A stretch of DNA of 63,779 nucleotides, the filler included, from Vannella sp. (lineage: Eukaryota): NCBI GenBank assembly GCA_023345925.1. It is 7 parts of 7 records of this genome, joined end to end, with 100 filler letters (N's around TTAATTAATTAA, not from the genome) between each part and the next. Parts side by side here need not be neighbours in the genome. Positions count along the whole stretch, not along the records: positions 12,139 to 21,223 come from JAJQQN010000220.1; positions 21,324 to 32,998 come from JAJQQN010000336.1; 5 more parts are not named here. One strand, 5' to 3'. The notes beneath the pieces are model-generated. The model saw only the letters and a program-made list of their open reading frames with translations, had not been told where the DNA came from and ran no database searches. The position numbers were made by a program, and so were the translations under genes. Of the stretch, positions 13,156-22,223 are shown piece after piece (within the stretch, counting starts at the first letter, position 1; every line of letters begins with the position of its first letter).

Positions 13156-16100
13156 ATGGAGGAGCGCGTCCTTCAGGGCCGGCGTCACCAACGTAGTGGT
13201 CGCTGGAAGGAAGCACTGGAGGCTTACTTTGAAGTTCTGGAGTTCTATTGGTCGCAGAGAGAGGAGAGAGATGCGATGATGAAGATCGCGCAGGTTCTCA
13301 CGGACATCGCCACCGTTTGCTGCAAGCAATGGTCGCTTCCCATCGCTCAAGACTCGGAGACTTTGTTGCGTCGGGCTGCTCTCCTTAAGGATAAAGCTTG
13401 TGGGCTGCCAACGCGGCCGGTCGAGGAAATCACTCAGAACGACTTTGATTCGGGCGCAACTCATCTCGTTGACAACTGCCTGGCGATTAACAGAGCCCTC
13501 TTTGCCAAACATAGTGAGGAAGTCATTAAGGCACTGTTGAATAAGGCTGCTCTCTACTTATTACAAGGATCCGTCGATGAGGCAAGCAACTCGAACAAAG
13601 AATGCCTGACTCTCGTGGAGGCGTGCCTCAAATCAGAGCAAGGTGACTCTATTGAGATACTGAAAGCGTTAGTCTTCATGCAAAAGGGACTCATCAAGAA
13701 AGAACGTGGAAACTCCGGGAAAGCTGTGACCTGCTTCAATGTTTCTGCCGAAATCTTTGATAGACTTGGCATGAATCCTTACGAGAGCGCTGAGATTCAG
13801 TGGCAAAGAGCGGTGGCCGATCCTCGTAGAATCGACGAGTTTTCTGAATCGGACGCGAATGATGTTCCCACAATCCTCCTTGAAATGGCGGACCGCAAAC
13901 TGTATCGTGGAGATTTCGATAGAGCGAATGCATTGTCGAAGAAGGCGTTGGCAACATTTGAGAAGAACTTTGGAGCATCACCTGATGGACATCCCGTGGT
14001 TGTGAAAGCCACAATCAGCAAAGCCCTTTCGCTCGCCGAAAAAGGCGACTTCAATGAAGCCATCAAGCTCTTTCATTTGGATCCGGTTACCACAAGACAA
14101 TCTTTGAAGATGTGGATGCCTTTCTTTGGTATCTTTGCTCTGCATATGGTGGAAAGTCAGCAGAAGTGTGTGCACGACCTTTCTGGGTTGTCTAAGCTTC
14201 ATTCCTCAGAGCTTTCGAAGAGCAGTTGCGCTGTTGATTCAAGGTCAATCCGACGATACAGCATGAGTAAGGTGATGAAGCTTCTGCAGGTTTTGAACTG
14301 CTTCCATTTCTTCCACAAAGAGCCACTGCTCGATTCCGAACCACTTTTGGAGGTGCTTCAAAAATACTCCCCTCCATACTACATCCGTACACTCAAGCAG
14401 CGAAAGTATCTAGCTATTTCCCTCGGAGATTTAGATCTTCAGGAACAAACGGATAAGAGTCTTGGAGAGAGATTTGTTGAGCCATTCTCCTTGGATAAGA
14501 GCGACTATGAGGTGACCGGCGAATTTAGTGGTTTATTCACTCAGTTCGAGCTTCTCTGCGAGATGTGGATGAAACTCCAAGGAGATTTGGCGGAGGAAAT
14601 GGGCGCGGACGATTGCTGGATCTCCGAGCGATCTTCCAATCTGGCCGTTGAAATCATTACTGGAATCATGAATCTTCTGGACCAGGCAGCTGGGAAGATC
14701 ATGAGTAGAGTGGGTGAAAGTGCAGATAACTTCTTCCCTTCGTGCAGAGACCTAAAGGTCTTCAACGATTTCATGAGAAAGAAAGAACTGATGCCCGGCG
14801 TAAGATACAGCGATTTTCTTAAACAATTCACAACCATTAGCCTGTCCTTGACGCCAGTAGAAGAGGTTCCTTCTCAGTACGAAAAAGAGTTGATTTTTGC
14901 TAATCCAAAACCCAGAGATAACCGCAAGTTCCTGGTGTTTACCCTGGGCTCCCCGAATCATCTTATTGGAGATTTAAGCCAATTTCTCTGGAACTCTGCA
15001 ACTTTAAAGACGATAATTGTGGATGGGAGAAAGTCAGGCAAATCTGCCCACGAGATTTTGAATCTCCTCAAAAAAGCTTACAGTGGAGAGATAAGAATGA
15101 TTCTCACCGAAGAACTGAATATTGAGATCAAAAAGCTTGGACTTTATCCAGATGTGACTGTTTATCCAGAAACGCTCTCCAATGAGCTCCGTTGGCTGCA
15201 GTTTCCTGATTCTAACCCAAAAATACCAATACCTGAACATTTCGGTGATCTGTTCAATATTGAGAAAACGTACCCTTTGAAGAGCGTTGAAGCCATGAAA
15301 AGTGTTCAGACGTTCGAACATCGTGGAACTGAACTACAGGATGTGTGGTGGGAGCTTGTATTCAACATTGGGAACGATTCAAAGCATGTTCGCCTCACTC
15401 CACATCGGCAAAGCAGCAAAATTATGCAGCGTAACTTGCTCTTTGATGACCGTCAGGTTAAAATCCAACTTGAGTATTCAGAGGCTCTTCCACAACTCAC
15501 TCTTTGGTCCTTCTTTAGGTACTCTCGCTCCCTAAAGGCGAAGGGACCTTCCATAGAATGTAAAATTTTGACAAAGATCTCTGAAGCGGTCTACTTTTTC
15601 TTTAAAGATGAGTACTTTGAAATCCAACACAAAGGCAGACTCCTTTATCGAATCCCTAAGTTTCAATACCGAATTGCCAGTCCCGTGGAAAGGAAGTGCA
15701 TTCTGGAGGAATTGAAGGAGTCTGCAAAAAAGCACTCCCTTCTTGGAAAATCCCTCACTGACCTTAATGATTCTATTGCTTCTGCAATCTATGATCAGAT
15801 CGCGGGGTTCTTCAAGGTGCGATTGAGCCGATTCGACGAAAACAAAGAAAAATCTTCCAAATGGGATCCTGACTTCCTTTGCGACATCCACAAGCTCATT
15901 CCTGATGCTTTGATAGGAACACGACTGCTCCTAAAGACTTTCCATAAGGACTTCCAAGACTCGCAAGAAAACAAGCGAAATGATTCAATCAACGATCACT
16001 ATGAGTCAACCCGCAGCACTCCCGTTGATATGTTTTGCGAAGCCTTCCAAGACTCAATGAGAGCTGAAAATGGATCGGAAAAGGCCTCAATTTGGAAGAT

Positions 16101-17757
16101 GGCCGCTAATCACTTCCATAGTGAAGGACAGGAGCATTGGGTCGCTCTTGAATGCCACCGAAGGGCTGCCAAAAGTCTCCTAGAGAACTACGAGAAGGAA
16201 TCAGTCGAACAAAGGGCAGCTTCTTTGAAAAAGGTCTACGAACTGATGAAGGAAGAGAAATTGATTTTCTTGGCTCGAAAGCAGTTGGAAAAAGCTGCCA
16301 AATTCATCACAACTTTCTGCCCTCCTGAACTACAACTCAGACAAACGCCTGTCGCATGGGATAGGGAAAGAAAGGTGATTGCCGAGCTTATGGATAAGCT
16401 CCGAAAGGTCTCTGACAATGCTGCCTTGGATCAAGATCTCTTCTTGCAGCTTCAATACTGCAAAGAGCAAATTCATAAGATCAGAGTTGGAGCTTTGAGT
16501 GTTCTCGTTGAAACAAATCCAGCTGAAGCACAAATGTTAATCACAAAGACAATGTTCCAAGCATTTGGCGTCATAATTAAGCTCCGAAATATCCTCGACC
16601 AATCATTCTCAAGAGCAATGAGACATGGCTTGAGTGGTATGACAGGAAAGAAGATCATCGCGCTTCAAGTCGGCTTTCCAGAAGGAAGCTCAAAAACCAA
16701 ATTTTTGAAAAAATTCAAAACCTCCTTATATGGTTCTGGAAAACCCTCTGCAGAGAAGAAAGAAGGCGGCAAAGACAATCAAATTCCGCATATCCCTTTT
16801 TATTTGTTTATGAAACGAACAAGGCACATGGGACCGTATCAAGACCTTTTTGGATTGGCAACAAAAGAACAAATTTTCGTGAAAAGTGATCCTTGGCTTG
16901 TTACGCTTATTCGTCTTTCAAACGAGGTCAAACACGTCCGACACCAGTTTCCCAGCCCATCCCAGGTCAACCAAACCATGTACGAGCAAAATGAGTCAAA
17001 CAAGCTCACAAGAGAAGTGGACTTCGATCACATCCTCTTCTTTTCGAGAGATTATCAATTCTCAACGGAGAGCTTTATCGATGATATCACTACTCCTGCA
17101 GATTACTGTAAGAAGCACAATTACTCATCAATACTGCATGAATTTTTAGTTGCAAAGAACTTCCTCTCATCTCACCAGTCTCATAAGAATGGTGAAGCTC
17201 TCAGGGGGGAAAATGTGACACTTGGTAGTTTAAAGGAAATGCTCAAAAAAGCCCTCAGCCCAAAGAACGAAAATACTAGTCAAAAAAGCCCTCTGCCTGA
17301 AGAACCATGGAGCTTCGACGTGGAATCAGTTGCTTTGCGCCTTTGGAATCACCGGAAGAATCTGCTCAAACATGACTTAAGTTTCTACAATAGCAGCTTT
17401 GACGAGAATGTGCGCAGTGACGTTCCAGCAGAAGAGAAAGCAGAACTCTCCTCAAAGCTGTTGGATTTCATGCAAAAGAGGTATCTCCTAAAGAAAGACT
17501 CACAGGCTCTCGGTTATGCTCTACTTCATTGCCAATCAATCGACAAAGTGCGCGAAACACTGGAAGAGTTTTCTGATATCGATCAATTTAATGTGGATGC
17601 AGTTGCTTTGCGGCTTTGGTGCCACAGACAGCAGCGACTTCAAGGACACATAGCTGTTCTACCCTTCCTGAAGAAAGCGCTGCTTGGAGTGGAAGAGTTG
17701 ATGGGACAATGTTCCATTTGCATTTCTGCAGACATTGATTGGTCGAAGGAAAAATAA
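13156..17757 (+). CDS. Intronless 1533-aa protein with N-terminal TPR-like repeats and a C-terminal HEPN-like domain (putative)
   Basis: Long ORF. TPR-like helices (ALLNKAALYLLQGSVDEA; RGDFDRANALSKKAL; HPVVVKATISKA..EKGDFNEAIKLF). C-terminal motifs LRNILD..GFP..GPYQ..WLVTLIRLSNEVKH..VLPFLKKALLGVEEL. Confidence 0.85.
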   Translation: MEERVLQGRRHQRSGRWKEALEAYFEVLEFYWSQREERDAMMKIAQVLTDIATVCCKQWSLPIAQDSETLLRRAALLKDKACGLPTRPVEEITQNDFDSGATHLVDNCLAINRALFAKHSEEVIKALLNKAALYLLQGSVDEASNSNKECLTLVEACLKSEQGDSIEILKALVFMQKGLIKKERGNSGKAVTCFNVSAEIFDRLGMNPYESAEIQWQRAVADPRRIDEFSESDANDVPTILLEMADRKLYRGDFDRANALSKKALATFEKNFGASPDGHPVVVKATISKALSLAEKGDFNEAIKLFHLDPVTTRQSLKMWMPFFGIFALHMVESQQKCVHDLSGLSKLHSSELSKSSCAVDSRSIRRYSMSKVMKLLQVLNCFHFFHKEPLLDSEPLLEVLQKYSPPYYIRTLKQRKYLAISLGDLDLQEQTDKSLGERFVEPFSLDKSDYEVTGEFSGLFTQFELLCEMWMKLQGDLAEEMGADDCWISERSSNLAVEIITGIMNLLDQAAGKIMSRVGESADNFFPSCRDLKVFNDFMRKKELMPGVRYSDFLKQFTTISLSLTPVEEVPSQYEKELIFANPKPRDNRKFLVFTLGSPNHLIGDLSQFLWNSATLKTIIVDGRKSGKSAHEILNLLKKAYSGEIRMILTEELNIEIKKLGLYPDVTVYPETLSNELRWLQFPDSNPKIPIPEHFGDLFNIEKTYPLKSVEAMKSVQTFEHRGTELQDVWWELVFNIGNDSKHVRLTPHRQSSKIMQRNLLFDDRQVKIQLEYSEALPQLTLWSFFRYSRSLKAKGPSIECKILTKISEAVYFFFKDEYFEIQHKGRLLYRIPKFQYRIASPVERKCILEELKESAKKHSLLGKSLTDLNDSIASAIYDQIAGFFKVRLSRFDENKEKSSKWDPDFLCDIHKLIPDALIGTRLLLKTFHKDFQDSQENKRNDSINDHYESTRSTPVDMFCEAFQDSMRAENGSEKASIWKMAANHFHSEGQEHWVALECHRRAAKSLLENYEKESVEQRAASLKKVYELMKEEKLIFLARKQLEKAAKFITTFCPPELQLRQTPVAWDRERKVIAELMDKLRKVSDNAALDQDLFLQLQYCKEQIHKIRVGALSVLVETNPAEAQMLITKTMFQAFGVIIKLRNILDQSFSRAMRHGLSGMTGKKIIALQVGFPEGSSKTKFLKKFKTSLYGSGKPSAEKKEGGKDNQIPHIPFYLFMKRTRHMGPYQDLFGLATKEQIFVKSDPWLVTLIRLSNEVKHVRHQFPSPSQVNQTMYEQNESNKLTREVDFDHILFFSRDYQFSTESFIDDITTPADYCKKHNYSSILHEFLVAKNFLSSHQSHKNGEALRGENVTLGSLKEMLKKALSPKNENTSQKSPLPEEPWSFDVESVALRLWNHRKNLLKHDLSFYNSSFDENVRSDVPAEEKAELSSKLLDFMQKRYLLKKDSQALGYALLHCQSIDKVRETLEEFSDIDQFNVDAVALRLWCHRQQRLQGHIAVLPFLKKALLGVEELMGQCSICISADIDWSKEK

Positions 17758-17800
17758 TCTTTCTGCCTCCCGTCCTGACTTCATCATAAAATAGTCAGGT

Positions 17801-19255
17801 TTATGATATTTGCCGACGGAGAGAAACATGAGTCATCCCTTCGAATTGATCTCCGTTGAAAGAGCATGATTGAGGGAGAGGGCAGAGACAAAAAGAGTCC
17901 TGGTAAATGTGTTCTGCGTGCGATTTGACCCAAAAGCCAGGAATCGGGCTTTTTGACAGTTGAGAGCACAAAGTCCTTTCTTGACTGGAGCTTAGGAAAA
18001 AACTTGCTGGCTCCAGTGTGAGGAGGGTCTGATCATAAAAGAGTTTGGAAGCACGACGAGGAACTTTGGTGTTTCCAAATAGATAACTATCCCAGTACAT
18101 TGGCGAGTTGTAGGATTGTAGAGGAGATCTCGTGTTTGAATTAAACCAGTAAAAGGGGATTCCATGTTCGTCTTGAACGACGATACGTGCAGACTTCAAA
18201 AGTGAATCCATCGTCCCAATGACGCGGATAGAAGACTCAATCTCATCTTGTTCAAAAGGAGTGGAAAGAGGACATTGCGAGGATTCAGACTCTTCAAGGC
18301 GTTCTCTATGAGACTCAAGAAAACCAGGAGCATCCCGAACAATCAATCCAAATGTTTCTTCACCGATAAGTCGCTTAAAGACACTACCATGCGATCCAAT
18401 CTCTTCCAGGGTAGTGGAAACAAAAAACAAATGCTTTGTGATAGGCTCATCGTCAGTGCAGAACTCAATATCAATGTACGAAGGCGTTCCATTTTCGAGT
18501 GTGACACTTAGGATTGTGTGTCCAGTGAACCTTAATTGAGACAGCAGATAAGGGAGAGCACTTTTCCCAACATATCGATCACCAACGTCTCGTGAACCAA
18601 TCATTTCATCCATGTACTGGTGAACATCAACACTTATCTCCTCCAGTCGGGCCGAATCTTGCTTATTTAACCGTTCTATGTTGCCTCGGTCGGTCATTTG
18701 TAAAGGCATAACGATAGATATTGGCTCAGAGGAGAAGAAAATGAATCTCTCAGCTCTTGGAAAGAGAGCATAAGCCCGCAGGAAGTCGACGCGTGAGTTG
18801 TAATAGACACATTGGAGGACGTTTTCGGAGAAAGGTCGGATCCTGTCGTCTTCCATCAAGGTTCTGGCCGACTCATAGAGTGTGGCATAACGTTCGTTCA
18901 AGCTTGGACGGCCAAAGACGCTCAATTGTGCCAGCTTGAAGTTGTGAGGGAGGGCGAGGAAGCGAAAGTCATGCCCTTGCAGCAGGAACTGCTCAGGATC
19001 GTATAGTAGATCACCTAGAAGGTTCCAGTACTCGCATAGAGCGTCTTTACAAACAGGAACAGCTCCACGAATGAACAAATGAGGGAGATCGTCTGGGCCA
19101 TAGTTGTCTGGGTCTACCGCAAGGAAGCGATGGTCAATGGTAAGGTCTTCTTCAGCTAGAAGACGCGTGAACATCATCATCGCTCCCAACGTGATGAATG
19201 CCAGCCCAAACACGAGCTGGAGGAGCTGACCAAACGGAGAAGCTCTCCTCCGCAT
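17801..19255 (-). CDS. Type II membrane-anchored protein resembling an uncharacterised bacterial family
   Basis: N-terminal TM helix; motifs YYNSRVDFLRAYALFPRAERFIFFSSEP, ALPYLLSQLRFTG, KHLFFVSTTL, IVVQDEHGIP, WDSYLFG. Confidence 0.75.
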   Translation of the reverse strand: MRRRASPFGQLLQLVFGLAFITLGAMMMFTRLLAEEDLTIDHRFLAVDPDNYGPDDLPHLFIRGAVPVCKDALCEYWNLLGDLLYDPEQFLLQGHDFRFLALPHNFKLAQLSVFGRPSLNERYATLYESARTLMEDDRIRPFSENVLQCVYYNSRVDFLRAYALFPRAERFIFFSSEPISIVMPLQMTDRGNIERLNKQDSARLEEISVDVHQYMDEMIGSRDVGDRYVGKSALPYLLSQLRFTGHTILSVTLENGTPSYIDIEFCTDDEPITKHLFFVSTTLEEIGSHGSVFKRLIGEETFGLIVRDAPGFLESHRERLEESESSQCPLSTPFEQDEIESSIRVIGTMDSLLKSARIVVQDEHGIPFYWFNSNTRSPLQSYNSPMYWDSYLFGNTKVPRRASKLFYDQTLLTLEPASFFLSSSQERTLCSQLSKSPIPGFWVKSHAEHIYQDSFCLCPLPQSCSFNGDQFEGMTHVSLRRQIS

Positions 19256-19386
19256 GCCCGAACGTCACACAACGAAATGAGTCAATCCACACCCACTGAC
19301 AGCTCTTTCCTTGTTCCAAGGAACGGCTGAGCTTGTCTACGCTTCAGGTTCGAGTCACCAGGCCTGTTGGTGGCTTTCTCCTTCTC

Positions 19387-19438
19387 TTGGAGTGCTTTAG
19401 AGTGCTTTGGAGTGCTCTTGAATGCTCTTGGATGCTCT
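19387..19438. repeat. Degenerate 10-bp tandem repeat (about 5 copies, GAGTGCTYTR-like)
   Basis: ggagtgcttt agagtgcttt ggagtgctct tgaatgctct tggatgctct. Confidence 0.7.
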
Positions 19439-19636
19439 GTTTTCAACGTTTTGCACGTACCTTCACTCTTCTATGCCTCTAGGTGACCACTCACTTCTCC
19501 CAGAGCGGCCTTTGGGCTTGGACACAATGTAGAAGCTAACTTGGGTCTCTAACACGACGACGAAACCCAGTGAAGGTACCCTGGCGGTCCTGAGCCGTGC
19601 TAGGGGACCCATTTTTGGGGATCCCTGAGGAGAAGG

Positions 19637-19849
19637 ATGAAGGTGGACGACTTTGTGGAGCTGGTGGGCTTGCCTTTGGCTGAGTTTGAGGAGAGAGCTA
19701 AGGCGAAGGGCGTGGGATCTGTGCGAGTTGTCGAGCAGGACGGTGTTGGAAGAAGCGTAACAAAGGACTTGCGACGCGATCGCCTCAACGTCCGAACGAC
19801 CACCAGAGAAGGGATTGTGGTTGTCACCAAGCTTGACTACTTTATGTAA
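19637..19849 (+). CDS. Small serine-protease inhibitor, potato inhibitor I (I13)/I78 fold
   Basis: 70 aa; ELVG..A and reactive-site loop VTKDLRRDRLNV matching the VTxDxRxDR(L/V) signature. Confidence 0.75.
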   Translation: MKVDDFVELVGLPLAEFEERAKAKGVGSVRVVEQDGVGRSVTKDLRRDRLNVRTTTREGIVVVTKLDYFM

Positions 19850-19963
19850 GGTCAACCTTCCTATTCCTCCCTTCATGCACGCTCCCGAGGCAAGTGGAGA
19901 AGTAAACGAACGTGATTGGTGTCCTTTGTGATCTTTCTTTACTCCTTCCAACAAACAGCTCCG

Positions 19964-20974
19964 TCAAGAGGGACAGGCAGTGACAGGGATACGACTAGAA
20001 GAAGGAAGGAGCCAGTACCAAGTGAACGCGCGAGCCCGAAGAGAGTCCTTCTTCTGATCCCACTTGGCCTTGTAACGATAGAAAGGCACTTCTGGGTTGA
20101 TATGATGAGCCAGATGGTAGTCCTGGAAGTGCATTAAAGCAGTCAGGAATGGCTGCAGAACCGGATAGGTCTGAATGTTAACGGTTGTGCGATAACGATC
20201 AGTCTTGGGGGTATCTTCCGTCACACTATGTGGCAGGAATCCAAAGACAAACGTGATCAAAGTGTTACTAAACAGAGCAGGAAGGATCCAATAACGAAAC
20301 AAGGAGGGCAAATAGCCAGTATCATAAGCCAACGCACAGAAAAGAAGATTCAAAGAGAACAGTGAAATACTCTCGATCTTCACTGGAAGGCTAATCGCTC
20401 CTGGAGTGTCCAGAAGAGAGATGAACCAGAACATGTATTGAGTAGGAGCACTAATCCAACGAAAGATACGAAGGAGTTTGGGCCCGCCACTCAGATAGAG
20501 GTCTGGGTCGAGTCCGGGCTCGTTTGTGTGACGGTGATGGATCAGATGGAGGCAGCGCCAGCTGGTAAAGCTGGCCATTGGACCCAGCATTTGGAAAGCT
20601 AAGCGTCCGACCAAGCCGTTGAGGAAAGCGCTGCTGGAGACGCTTCCATGGGTGGCGTCATGTCCGGGGGTGAAGATCATGAACTGTAGGAGGACGAGGA
20701 GTCCTACTACAAGAGAAAGGGATAGGTAATGATGAACACCAGCCCATACGACCAATCCATACGCCAAACACTGCACCATGAAGTAGATAATGGTGGGGAG
20801 CGCCATCAATGGAACCTTCAAAAGAAGCCAACGGACCAACGGCGATTGAACTTCCCGCAACGGATCCTCTCCATTCCGCTGTGAGTACTTCTCATAGTAA
20901 TGCTTCCATTCCTCAGATGAGCAGAGACCCAAGGTAAACCGCAAATACCCCCAAACCTGCCTTTGCCCTCCCAT
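19964..20974 (-). CDS. Membrane fatty-acid desaturase/hydroxylase (His-box di-iron family)
   Basis: His boxes HDATH, HLIHH(RHTN...DPD) and YHLAHH; TM helices; intronless; no cytochrome b5 domain. Confidence 0.9.
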   Translation of the reverse strand: MGGQRQVWGYLRFTLGLCSSEEWKHYYEKYSQRNGEDPLREVQSPLVRWLLLKVPLMALPTIIYFMVQCLAYGLVVWAGVHHYLSLSLVVGLLVLLQFMIFTPGHDATHGSVSSSAFLNGLVGRLAFQMLGPMASFTSWRCLHLIHHRHTNEPGLDPDLYLSGGPKLLRIFRWISAPTQYMFWFISLLDTPGAISLPVKIESISLFSLNLLFCALAYDTGYLPSLFRYWILPALFSNTLITFVFGFLPHSVTEDTPKTDRYRTTVNIQTYPVLQPFLTALMHFQDYHLAHHINPEVPFYRYKAKWDQKKDSLRARAFTWYWLLPSSSRIPVTACPS

Positions 20975-21223
20975 TCCCCAACGGCAAAATGAGTTGCCGT
21001 TAATATTCTTGTTGCAAACATGATAAATTGATAATGAAGCTCTTCAAGGCTGACAACTAAGTGAACTAACAGGCGAGCCACGACGGGCGAAAAAATTCTC
21101 ATTCTTTTTCTTGCCGCTGCTGTTGATGCCCTCTGCTCCCTTTTCCCAAAGCCCCACCTATTCTTACTCAGATCCGTCCGGGGGAACGTATGAGCCTGCT
21201 TATTTGAACACTTCAACCATGGA

Positions 21224-21323
21224 NNNNNNNNNNNNNNNNNNNNNNNNNNNNNNNNNNNNNNNNNNNNTTAATTAATTAANNNNNNNNNNNNNNNNNNNNN
21301 NNNNNNNNNNNNNNNNNNNNNNN
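21224..21323. other. Artificial contig spacer
   Basis: N-run + TTAATTAATTAA + N-run. Confidence 0.98.
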
Positions 21324-21324
21324 T

Positions 21325-21525
21325 GTCGAAGAACTGACGGAGGAGTTGGGCTTGAACGAAATCGAAGGCCGTTCTTGGACTATTCTTCCGTCCTGTGCCA
21401 CCAAAGGAGATGGAATCGATGCAGTTATAGCTTGGACAAAGGCAGATCCTGCAACGCTGCCCCTCAACCCCCGCAGGTTCAACAAAACCAAGTCTGCAGC
21501 AGCTCGGGTCCCTTGTGACACCTAA
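21325..21525 (+). CDS. 3' end of an ARF/ARL-family small GTPase (5'-partial), with a C-terminal extension
   Basis: Not in the ORF track. Translates VEELTEELGLNEIEGRSWTILPSCATKGDGIDAVIAW (ARF G5 CAT.GDG region), then TKADPATLPLNPRRFNKTKSAAARVPCDT*. Confidence 0.85.
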   Translation, partial: VEELTEELGLNEIEGRSWTILPSCATKGDGIDAVIAWTKADPATLPLNPRRFNKTKSAAARVPCDT

Positions 21526-22223
21526 AACTCCTCCAGATTGGTTTGCAGAAGGCCAAGTACAAGTTTATACGGGCTAGGAGGGCTGTCGAACGTGCCCTTG
21601 TCTCGTAGTGTGGATCTCCTGTAGTGGAAGGAGGGAAGGGGTGGAAAGGTTCACACCCTACGGAGTGAGATTGGTTCATCATGTTCGAAAGACTCGAATG
21701 CAGACTTGGCCATCTACACATGCGAGATGTTGGGAGGGAGATTCACTTGGTCGAGGGAGGCGGGGTTTCATGTGAAAGAAGTCAACGAGGCCCATGAGAT
21801 TAACACGTGTTCAACTGAAGGGGAAGAGAGATAATGATAACCTCGCCAACAACGGATCGTACCAAGGATCCGCGATTCAATGGTTAACTCGAACAATCGA
21901 TGAAGGTGGTGCCGATTGCCACCGATCTCTCGATTTGACCCGATTGGGAACCACTTTTCAGGAAAGGCAGTTTCCTGATGCTAACAGTTCAAGAAACATG
22001 AGTTGAAGACCTTCTGAATGGATCGCGAAGTAGTTGCCTCATCGTTTCTGAATCAAACGTTGCGCTTATGAACCTTAAGCAAGCAATGAAAAGGTTCTCT
22101 AACCTAACCAGTTCAATCTTTTGAGGAAGGGTTCTATTGGGAAACCAACTTGTCACTTGACAGTCTTGGAGGAAGTCAATCACTTGAATCCAGCTGGATG
22201 CGCCATCACTGGATGAGAGTGCG

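Noticed and set aside
10773..19438. Short repeat arrays (10773-10927, 19387-19438) as CRISPR-like
   Set aside because: Degenerate repeats without unique regular spacers, no cas genes, and a eukaryotic context.
21526..22223. Short ORFs in the 700-nt gap between the ARF and RCC1 genes
   Set aside because: No motifs, splice model or repeats; cannot be supported as genes.
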